Assembly (NCBI GenBank): GCA_965223845.1
Contig: CBDCXR010000004.1
Coordinates: 4,224,001-4,288,000 of the forward strand
DNA length: 64,000 nt
Direction of reading: 5' to 3'
DNA from: Planctomycetota bacterium
GTDB taxonomy: Bacteria; Planctomycetota; UBA8108; SXIK01
Under the pieces are notes generated by a model, which saw only the letters and a program-made list of their open reading frames with translations, did no database searches and was not told the DNA's origin. The position numbers and the translations under genes were made by a program. Positions 56,236 through 64,000 of the stretch are shown here, in pieces; within the stretch, counting starts at the first letter, position 1, and each line of letters opens with the position of its first letter.

Positions 56236-58947
56236 ATGAATCGAACACCCCGTACTCTTCTATCCGGGCTCATCGCCTCGTTGCTTGCTGGCGGCTTCGG
56301 CTCGTACGCCGCGGAGCCCGAGCCGGGAGCGGCCGAGGAGCAGGTACGCTTCGACGGCGACACCTGGCTCGAAATCGCCGAGTCGGATGACCTCAATCTC
56401 CACGACGAAGACTTCACGATCTACGCGAGGATCCGCACGGATGATGGCGGGGCCATCTTCTCGAAGGCGAGACGTCGTGGAGACTGGTCGCCGAACAGCA
56501 AGTGCTTCTTTCTTCAGAATGGGCACCTCGCCTACGACGTCGGCTGGGTGGGCATGACCGCCACTGCGCGGCCCGTCGCGGAGGAGGAAGGCTGGCACGA
56601 TGTCGCGCTCACGTGGCGCAGCGAGGACGGGCGCGTGCGCTTCTGGATCGACGGAGACTGGGCGCATATCGAGAACTTCGAAGAGGACGAGGAGCCGAGC
56701 GAAGAAGACGAAGACGAAGACGAAGAAGAGGAAGAGGAAGAGGAAGAGCGACCCGGCTATCTTCGGCCGCGACGCGAGGTCCGCGGTCACGTTGTTCGCA
56801 TCGGGTACGCGCGTCCCGACTTCCCGGAGGAGGTCGGCGCGTTTGCCGGCGACATCGAGGTCGTGCGTTTCTATCAGCGTTCGCTGTCGAACGCCGAGCT
56901 CGATGCCGTTCGGAGCGGCCGGCCGCCGAAGCGCGGCTTGCGGGGCGAGTGGAAGACGCAGAGCTCGATCGACGGAGAGGTCGCCGACTCGGCGGGACGG
57001 GGCCATTTCGCAAGCGTCAAGCGAGCGGAGCCGGAGCCGGTGCTCGAGATCATCCCGAAGGTCGAGCGAAAGAAGCCGGAGCCGGTCGAGCTGCCGAAAG
57101 ACGTCTATACGCTCGACGAGGTCCACCCTCTTCTCAAAGAGCACTGCATCCGCTGTCACGGGAAGCGCCGATCCCGCGGCGAGCTCGACGTCGAGAGCGC
57201 GCTCGAGCAGCAGCCCCTCGTCCGCAACCTCGACCTCTGGAAGAACGTGCTCCATCGGATCGAGCACGGTGAGATGCCGCCCGAGGACGAAGATCAGCCG
57301 TCCCGCATCGAGCGCGCGATGCTCGTTCGCTGGCTCGACCGAGAGATCAACGAGTTCGACTACAGTCAGATCGACAACCCGGGTTTCGAGCCCGCTCGTC
57401 GCCTCACGCATGCGGAGTACTCGAATACGCTAGGCGATCTCTTCGGTGTCGACGTCGACGTCGAACACCTCTTCCCGGAAGATCTCAGCGGTACGAGCGG
57501 ATTCGACAACAGCGCCAACACGCTCTTCATTCAACCTCTCTTGATGGAGCGGTACATGAGTGCCGCGGATCTCGCGGTCGCGCGCGCGTTGCCGTCGGAG
57601 GCGAAAACGGACGTCGAGAAGCGAGTCCGGAAGAGGATCCTCATCGCGGAGCCCGGCCTCGGGAAGGGTGCCGAGAGGAGTGACGTCGAGGCCGCCGCCG
57701 AGATCATCGACCGCTTTCTACCGCGGGCGTACCGGCGACCGGTCGACTCGGCCGAGATCGAGGAGATACGGGCACTCTTCTCGAAGATCCGAACCGGAGG
57801 CGACGACTTCGACACTTCGATCCGGAAGACGCTCGCAGCGATCCTGGTGTCACCGAAGTTTTTGCTTCGGCTCGAGGACTCGAAGGACGGTGCCGAGCCG
57901 TACGCGGTCGGCGAGTACGAGATGGCGAATCGTCTCGCCTACTTCCTTTGGGCGTCCATGCCGGACGACGAGCTCTTCGAGCTCGCCCGAGCGCGGAAGC
58001 TACGCGATCCCGAGGTCATCGAGAAGCAGGTCGCGCGCTTGCTCGCCGATCCTCGTGCGGAGACACTTGGCAGCATCTTTGCCGCGCAGTGGCTCGGCTT
58101 TGGCATTCTCGGGACTCGCGTGCGGATGGATCCGATCGACAATCCCTGGTGCACCGACACCCTGATGGCGTCGATGCGCCATGAGACCGAAATGCTCGTC
58201 GCTTCGCTGATCCACGACAACGCGCCGATCACACGCTTGATCGATGCGAACTACACATTTCTCAATGAGGAGTTGGCGAAACACTACCGGTTGGACGGCA
58301 TCGAAGGCGAAACGATGCGGCGCGTTCAACTGGAGGACTCGAGGCGCCACGGCGTGCTCGGCCACGGCAGCATTCTCGCGATCACAGCCTTTCCGGGGCG
58401 TACCAGTCCCGTCGTCCGCGGGCGCTGGATCCTCGATGATCTGCTCGGAACGCCGCCACCACCGCCTCCGCCGAACGCGGACGAAATCTCCGAAGAGATC
58501 CGCGAGAACCGACGCCTGACGCAGCGGCAGAAGTTGGCGCTCCATCGCCAGAACCCGAAGTGCGCGTCCTGCCACGACGAGATGGACCCGCTCGGTCTGA
58601 GCCTAGAGAACTTCGACTGGTTCGGTCGCTGGCGGGAACGCTCTCGCGGTCGGAAGGTCGACGCGACCGGACAGCTTTCGGACGGTACGGAATTCGTCGG
58701 GCCGGACGGCCTGCGCCGTGTCATCCTCGAGAAGAAGCGCGGCGACCTCGTTCGACAGGTCACGCGCAAGATGCTGTCCTACGCGCTCGGGCGTCAGCTC
58801 GAGTACTACGACGAACCGGCGGTGCGAAAGATCATCGCCGCGCTCGAGGAGGACGGGTATCGTTTTCAGACGCTGATTCGTGAAGTCGTCATGAGCTACC
58901 CATTCCGGTACCGCAAGAATCCCGGAGCGCCCGACTCAGGAGAATGA
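56236..58947 (+). CDS. DUF1592/1588/1587/1595/1585 planctomycete cytochrome-c protein with N-terminal LamG-like domain
   Basis: Signal peptide; LamG-like WHDVALTW...RFWIDG; CIRCH and CASCH heme motifs; RRLTHAEYSNT, RLAYFLWASMPD and TSPVVRG motifs. Confidence 0.9.
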   Translation: MNRTPRTLLSGLIASLLAGGFGSYAAEPEPGAAEEQVRFDGDTWLEIAESDDLNLHDEDFTIYARIRTDDGGAIFSKARRRGDWSPNSKCFFLQNGHLAYDVGWVGMTATARPVAEEEGWHDVALTWRSEDGRVRFWIDGDWAHIENFEEDEEPSEEDEDEDEEEEEEEEERPGYLRPRREVRGHVVRIGYARPDFPEEVGAFAGDIEVVRFYQRSLSNAELDAVRSGRPPKRGLRGEWKTQSSIDGEVADSAGRGHFASVKRAEPEPVLEIIPKVERKKPEPVELPKDVYTLDEVHPLLKEHCIRCHGKRRSRGELDVESALEQQPLVRNLDLWKNVLHRIEHGEMPPEDEDQPSRIERAMLVRWLDREINEFDYSQIDNPGFEPARRLTHAEYSNTLGDLFGVDVDVEHLFPEDLSGTSGFDNSANTLFIQPLLMERYMSAADLAVARALPSEAKTDVEKRVRKRILIAEPGLGKGAERSDVEAAAEIIDRFLPRAYRRPVDSAEIEEIRALFSKIRTGGDDFDTSIRKTLAAILVSPKFLLRLEDSKDGAEPYAVGEYEMANRLAYFLWASMPDDELFELARARKLRDPEVIEKQVARLLADPRAETLGSIFAAQWLGFGILGTRVRMDPIDNPWCTDTLMASMRHETEMLVASLIHDNAPITRLIDANYTFLNEELAKHYRLDGIEGETMRRVQLEDSRRHGVLGHGSILAITAFPGRTSPVVRGRWILDDLLGTPPPPPPPNADEISEEIRENRRLTQRQKLALHRQNPKCASCHDEMDPLGLSLENFDWFGRWRERSRGRKVDATGQLSDGTEFVGPDGLRRVILEKKRGDLVRQVTRKMLSYALGRQLEYYDEPAVRKIIAALEEDGYRFQTLIREVVMSYPFRYRKNPGAPDSGE

Positions 58948-60332
58948 CCGTGGAGTCACGAACCCAGGTTCAGCCGCCCGGCATCCTTTCGGATCAGTGG
59001 AAGATCTCGCGACGCACGATGCTTCGCGGGCTCGGCGCCGCCATCGCGCTGCCCCTCCTCGACGTGATGGGGCCAGTGAGCGCAGCCCGAGCGAAAGCCG
59101 CGCCACCCGCGGTTCGCGTGGGCTATCTCTACTTTCCGAACGGGGTTTCGGAGGGTGCGTGGAAACCGAAGCGGACGGGCGAGGCGGGCGAGTTGCTCGA
59201 GCTCAACGAATGGATGGCGCCGCTCGAGGCCCACAAGAATGACATCATCATCACGGAGCGCGTCTGGACTCCGCGCGGCAACGGTCACGGACCCGGCACG
59301 GCGACCTGGCTCACCGGCGGAGGCTACGATCGCCGCCGTTACGATGCCGGCGGTGTCTCCGTCGATCAGATCGCGGCAAAGGAGATCGGCAAGAACACGC
59401 TGCTTCCGTCGCTCGAGCTCTCACTCCGTGGCGAGGGCTTTTTCTCGAACGATTTGACGCGCAATACGATCTCGTGGACGACGAGCCGTACACCGGCGCC
59501 GCGGGAGACGATCCCCCGCGCGATCTACGACCGCATGTTCCGCAAAGCCGACGAAGGTGCGACGGACCGCAACGTGCTCGATCTTGTCCTCGCCCACGCC
59601 AAATCGCTGCGCGGCAAGGTCAGCGACGCCGACCGGCGCAAGATCGACGAGTACCTCGAGTCGCTGCGATCCGTGGAGCGACGATTGGAGTTTGCCGAGA
59701 AGCAATCGAAGAAGTTCGCCGAAGACAAGGCGCTCACCGATTCACTCCGCCGGCCGGAACCGGGCATTCCAGCGGATCACCGCGAGTACGTCCGGCTGAT
59801 GCTCGACTTGATGCTCCACGCGTTTTGGGCCGACGCGACGCGCGTCTCTACCTTCATGCTCGATCACGGCCAAAGCAATCGCTACTTCAACTTCATCGAT
59901 GGCGTTCAAGGTACGTGGCACGCTCTCTCCCATTGGAAAGACGCCAGCGGCAAGACCGAGGATGACGATGGCGTCACATCCTGGGGCTCCGTCGACGAAA
60001 AACGCGACATGTACCGGATGGTCACCCGCTGGCACCACGAACAGCTCGACTATCTGCTCGGTCGCATGAAGGAGATCCGCGATGGCGACGCGACGCTGCT
60101 GGACAATTCCATGATCCTCTACGGGTCGAACCTCGCGGACGGTCACGAACACGGAGCCAAGGATCTTCCCGTTCTTCTCGCGGGCCGCGGTGGAGGCACG
60201 ATCAAAAGCGGCCGACTGCTCAAGTTCGAGCGCGACACTTCGTTGTCGCGACTCCACTTGAGCATGCTGCAGCGCCTCGGGGTGAAAGCAAAGCACTTCG
60301 CGGAAACCGACGAGCCGATCGATCTCGGTTGA
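58944..60332 (+). CDS. DUF1552 family protein (Tat signal)
   Basis: ISRRTMLRGLG, YFPNG, SVDQIAA and TLLDNSMILYGS motifs; ATGA-coupled to the DUF1592 gene. Confidence 0.92.
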   Translation: MTVESRTQVQPPGILSDQWKISRRTMLRGLGAAIALPLLDVMGPVSAARAKAAPPAVRVGYLYFPNGVSEGAWKPKRTGEAGELLELNEWMAPLEAHKNDIIITERVWTPRGNGHGPGTATWLTGGGYDRRRYDAGGVSVDQIAAKEIGKNTLLPSLELSLRGEGFFSNDLTRNTISWTTSRTPAPRETIPRAIYDRMFRKADEGATDRNVLDLVLAHAKSLRGKVSDADRRKIDEYLESLRSVERRLEFAEKQSKKFAEDKALTDSLRRPEPGIPADHREYVRLMLDLMLHAFWADATRVSTFMLDHGQSNRYFNFIDGVQGTWHALSHWKDASGKTEDDDGVTSWGSVDEKRDMYRMVTRWHHEQLDYLLGRMKEIRDGDATLLDNSMILYGSNLADGHEHGAKDLPVLLAGRGGGTIKSGRLLKFERDTSLSRLHLSMLQRLGVKAKHFAETDEPIDLG

Positions 60333-60356
60333 GCGGTTCGGTCATGGCCCGTGGCC

Positions 60357-62243
60357 TTACTTCGGAGTCGTTTCCGACTTCGACTCGATCTCTCGATTGT
60401 CGCGCACGACTCCGTTCTCCCCGGCGCCCGCGGCCCCGCGGATGTCGACACCGGTGTGGCCCTCCGGGCTCTCGAAAACGTTACGCAGGACGATCGGCGC
60501 AGGCGATGCGTTTGCTATGCGTAGCGCTGCCTCCCAGTAGTTCGAGACTCGATTGTCGATCGCGATCACGCTCGCTCCGTCCGCCGAGATCGCGTGCCGC
60601 CAGCCACTGATCGCATTTGACTCGAGCGTCACCTCGGAACCGGGAAGCGCCCACACCGCGAAATTGGGTGGCCCGCCCTTTCGGGGCCCCTTCCCCTCGA
60701 ATCGATTGCCGACGGCCCGCACGACTCCGCCCGCCCGCACACCGGCGACTCCGCTCCCGCGGATCAAGTTGTCGCGGAGATCAGCCTCGGCCCCTTCGAA
60801 GACCATCACGATCGGCGGCAGGCCACCGTCACGCGCCAGCTCGTTCTGCGAAAACTCGACGCGCCATCCGCTCTGCACACCAGCGGCGACGAGCCCGTTG
60901 TCGATCACACGATTGCGCAAAGCGGTAGAACGACCGGACTCGCACGCTTCGAAGCCTAAGCCCGCGGCCTTGTTGCTACGACAATCGTTGTCGACGAGAA
61001 GAGTCTCGGCATCCTCGCGCTGGCCGATCCCCGTCCGCTCGTTCTCCACACACGAATTGCCGACGATCACCGGCCGTGATTTTCCTCGCGAGCCGATTCC
61101 CGCGAGCCGGTTCCGGTCGCAGCGATTGTCCACCACGAGTGGGCTCGAGCCATCGCGTACACCGATCCCCGCCATACCGTTTTCGTAGCACTCGTTCGAC
61201 TGGACGATCGGACGATGTCCCGGACCGCTGCGGATTCCGATCCCCGCCCGTCGATTGCGATAGCACTTGTTCCCGCGGACGATCGGCTCGGCGCCCGAAC
61301 CGATGCCGATTCCGGCCCGGATGTTCTCGTAGCACGAATTGCCGATGACGATCGGCGATGCTCGCTCCTGCCCGATGCCGGCGTAGAAGTTCTCGAAGCA
61401 AGTGTTCCCCTCGATGACTGCCGCAGCTCCGTGTGTGGAACCGATACCACCGCCCATGTTGCGATAGCAGAAGTTTCGAAACACGCGCGGCGAGCAGCGC
61501 TTTCCTTCAACGCCCCGAATCGCGATTCCGTTGTCGCCGACGTGGTGGACGATGTTGTCTCGAACGACACAGGTCACGCCGACGATGGCGATTCCCGGCG
61601 TACGGGGATCTCCAATGCGCTCATGCGACTGCTCCTCTCCGCGAGTGTCACGGTGGCGATTCCATTCTTCGTCGTCGTATCGACCGATCCCGGTGATGGT
61701 GAAGCCATCGAGAACGGCTCCCTCGGCCATGACGACCCCGGGTTGGTCGACGCGTCCGCCGCCGTCGAGCACCGTCGCCTCCGCGCGCGCGAGTCCGAGC
61801 TCGCCCTTCCGGTCGTCGCCGGAGCTCTTGACCACGATTCCTTCTCGCAGACGGAGCCGCTCGCGGTAGACACCCGGATCTACAAGGACGGTGTCACCCG
61901 GCGTACCGGCGTCGATCGCGGCCTGGACGGTCGCGTAGTCTCGAGGCACTCGCAGCGTCGCGGCGAAGCAAGCGGTCGAGCTCGCGATTGCGATCAACGA
62001 ACCGATCGATAGCAAGCTCCAACGTGGGAAAGAACGGCGAGCATGAACGGCGGAGCGCGCGCTCTCGGTGGCGTTTTCGATCCGTTTCGCCAAGCGGAGC
62101 GTACTGAGCCGTACGCGAGCATTCGCGGAGCGGGTCAAAATCCGCCGCGGGTGGGATACTCGCCGAGCGAGAGCGTGCTTTGCCGCTGGGTCTTCGCAAC
62201 GCTCGGACGAAGTCCCGGTTAAGAAGGTCATCGATCGAAACAT
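60357..62243 (-). CDS. Secreted right-handed parallel beta-helix repeat protein (true start probably ~62050)
   Basis: VPRDYATVQAAID...PGVYRE cap; 22-aa repeats 'NxCYxNxxAGIG'. Confidence 0.85.
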   Translation of the reverse strand: MFRSMTFLTGTSSERCEDPAAKHALARRVSHPRRILTRSANARVRLSTLRLAKRIENATESARSAVHARRSFPRWSLLSIGSLIAIASSTACFAATLRVPRDYATVQAAIDAGTPGDTVLVDPGVYRERLRLREGIVVKSSGDDRKGELGLARAEATVLDGGGRVDQPGVVMAEGAVLDGFTITGIGRYDDEEWNRHRDTRGEEQSHERIGDPRTPGIAIVGVTCVVRDNIVHHVGDNGIAIRGVEGKRCSPRVFRNFCYRNMGGGIGSTHGAAAVIEGNTCFENFYAGIGQERASPIVIGNSCYENIRAGIGIGSGAEPIVRGNKCYRNRRAGIGIRSGPGHRPIVQSNECYENGMAGIGVRDGSSPLVVDNRCDRNRLAGIGSRGKSRPVIVGNSCVENERTGIGQREDAETLLVDNDCRSNKAAGLGFEACESGRSTALRNRVIDNGLVAAGVQSGWRVEFSQNELARDGGLPPIVMVFEGAEADLRDNLIRGSGVAGVRAGGVVRAVGNRFEGKGPRKGGPPNFAVWALPGSEVTLESNAISGWRHAISADGASVIAIDNRVSNYWEAALRIANASPAPIVLRNVFESPEGHTGVDIRGAAGAGENGVVRDNREIESKSETTPK

Positions 62244-62603
62244 GCTGGACTCTTTCTAACGAAGAGAGACGCTATCGTTTCATCCGGGCGCTCGAGCCGA
62301 GCGAACGATTCGACATTTTAGCCTATCCACGACGCGGAGGGCCGACTCGACGTGAAACCGGCGCGATCTGTGTCGTCGTCGCCGGCACGAGCTGCTGCTC
62401 TCGCTAGTCGATGTCACGCGTGTGCACTGGGATGACAATCGCGGCTCTGATTCTCGCCTGCGCCTCCTCCCTTGGTGCTCCCACCGAGAGCAACGACGCG
62501 GAGTTGCGGAATCGCCTCGCTGAGGGTCGGTGTTCTCAACCTGACCGGGTCGAAGACTCGTCCCGTGGTGGAAGTTCAACCACGTCTTGCGGAACCCGGC
62601 GCC

Positions 62604-63920
62604 TCACCCGAGCTCGTTGATCTTCCATCCAGGTCGGTACGAGGCTTTGATCCAGCGGTCCGCCTCGGGTGCGCCGTCGAAACGGAGCGATTCGCTGTCC
62701 CAGCGGAGTTCACGCCCTGGATAACGGACGGCGATGTTTCCGAGAAGAACGGTCTCGGTGAGAGGCGCTGAATAGGCGAACGGCGTCGATGTTTCCCCCT
62801 TGCCGCGGACGGCGTCCGTCCATTCGAGGTAGTGGCTCGTCGTCTGGCGCCGCGGAATCTTACCCTCCAAACCGAGGAGACGCGCGCGCGACTTGTAGCC
62901 CATGAGGAGCGATCCGTGCTCCCCCACGAGGACGGATCCGTTGTCCGGAACATCACTCTCCTGGGCAAATCCAAGACGTTCGAAGGGAGGCTTCACCGCG
63001 TTGTCGAGCCAGCGAAGAGAAAGTCGCTCTCCGGCCGTGTGGACGTTTTTCGCGAAGACGTACTCGACGTCCGCATGGAGCGGGTAGGTCTCGCCGTTCG
63101 GGCGCTCCGAGCCGTGCGATCGTACGGCGATCGGAGGGTCGAGCTCGAGAGCCTGAAACACCGGGTCGAACATGTGGCAACCCATGTCGCCGATGGACCC
63201 CGTACCGAAGTCTTCCCAGCCCCGCCAGCGAAACGGGTGGTAGATGTCTTTGACCCAGGGCCGTCCGGGCGCAACCCCGAGCCAGAGATCCCACGCGACG
63301 TGCGCCGGCGCCGCCCCGTTGCTCGAAGGCCGAGGAATCCCCTGCTCCCAACGGCCGCGCGGACGATCCGTCCAGCACCAGATCTCTTTGACCTTGCCGA
63401 TGACGCCGCTCCGGAAGAGCTCCACCGCCGCCTTTTGCGAACCGTAGTTCCGTACTTGTATGCCCATCTGAGTGACGAGCTTCTTCTCCGCGGCGAGCCT
63501 CTGGAGTGCTCGCGCTTCAGCGATCGTTCGCGTCAGTGGCTTTTGGCAGTAGATGTGCACGCCTCGCTGCATCGCGGAAAACGCGATCGGCGCGTGCATG
63601 TGATCCGGGGTCGTGACGGTGGCGATGTCGATGGCCTCGCGGTCGAGCAGCTTCCGCCAATCGGAATACGCTCTCGCGTGCGGGTGGAGCGCCTGCGCCT
63701 TCGCGAGCGACTTCCCGTCAACGTCGCAGAGTGCGGCGACCTCGACGAGCGGGTCCTTAGCCGTCTCGGCGAGATCGACAGCGCCCTTCCCACCGACACC
63801 GAATGCCGCGTAACGGAGGCGCTCGGCGCTCCCGCGCGCGCGGAGGATGCCAGGGCAGGAAATGCAGGCCAGGGCGTGCGCAGCGGCACGGAGTACGGAG
63901 CGTCGGGTGCGCCGGGCCAT
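62604..63920 (-). CDS. Gfo/Idh/MocA family oxidoreductase (Tat signal)
   Basis: TRRSVL leader; GVGGKG, TPDHMH, YCQKPL and GDMGCH motifs. Confidence 0.92.
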   Translation of the reverse strand: MARRTRRSVLRAAAHALACISCPGILRARGSAERLRYAAFGVGGKGAVDLAETAKDPLVEVAALCDVDGKSLAKAQALHPHARAYSDWRKLLDREAIDIATVTTPDHMHAPIAFSAMQRGVHIYCQKPLTRTIAEARALQRLAAEKKLVTQMGIQVRNYGSQKAAVELFRSGVIGKVKEIWCWTDRPRGRWEQGIPRPSSNGAAPAHVAWDLWLGVAPGRPWVKDIYHPFRWRGWEDFGTGSIGDMGCHMFDPVFQALELDPPIAVRSHGSERPNGETYPLHADVEYVFAKNVHTAGERLSLRWLDNAVKPPFERLGFAQESDVPDNGSVLVGEHGSLLMGYKSRARLLGLEGKIPRRQTTSHYLEWTDAVRGKGETSTPFAYSAPLTETVLLGNIAVRYPGRELRWDSESLRFDGAPEADRWIKASYRPGWKINELG

Positions 63921-64000
63921 GTGGGCTGTCCTCTTCTCGGAGAGAATACGTGGATGAAGAGTTTGGAGCTGTGAGCGGAGGACGTCCAGAGTCGAAAACG

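Noticed and set aside
1-64000. CRISPR array, tRNA or rRNA genes
   Set aside because: No regularly spaced repeat-spacer units or recognisable structural RNA genes; the recurring motifs are IS ends at irregular spacing

Overview
GC-rich bacterial DNA, most likely from a planctomycete: it carries a DUF1592/DUF1552 pair, a TIGR02999-type ECF sigma next to a WD40 Ser/Thr kinase, a sigma factor fused to carboxypeptidase-regulatory-like domains, and SASA esterases. Bases 1-25 kb are an accessory mosaic. Two families of rve/DDE 'integrase-core' insertion elements occur as one intact copy plus many deleted copies, mini-elements and solo ends. They are interleaved with single cargo genes (TPR protein, AbgT, serine hydrolase, amidohydrolase, ECF fusion, ParDE, TIGR03435-like pair, GH36-like glycosidase). 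Bases 24.7-45 kb hold an ECF/receptor-kinase pair (WD40-TPR-malectin) and the most striking locus: a Tad/Flp pilus operon headed by a DUF2946-like His/CxxC leader protein ending in RAPP and a Cys-rich ECF sigma factor, with a MerC-like gene embedded among the pilin genes. I infer a metal-controlled Tad system. Bases 45.5-64 kb encode secreted glycan-processing proteins (one with an apparently circularly permuted FGE domain), a PLP enzyme with a Tat-like leader, a MarR-SDR-SDR unit with three copies of a palindromic operator, a DUF1592/DUF1552 pair, a beta-helix protein and a Gfo/Idh/MocA oxidoreductase. I saw no rRNA, tRNA or CRISPR array. Family assignments come from motif recognition by eye, not database searches.
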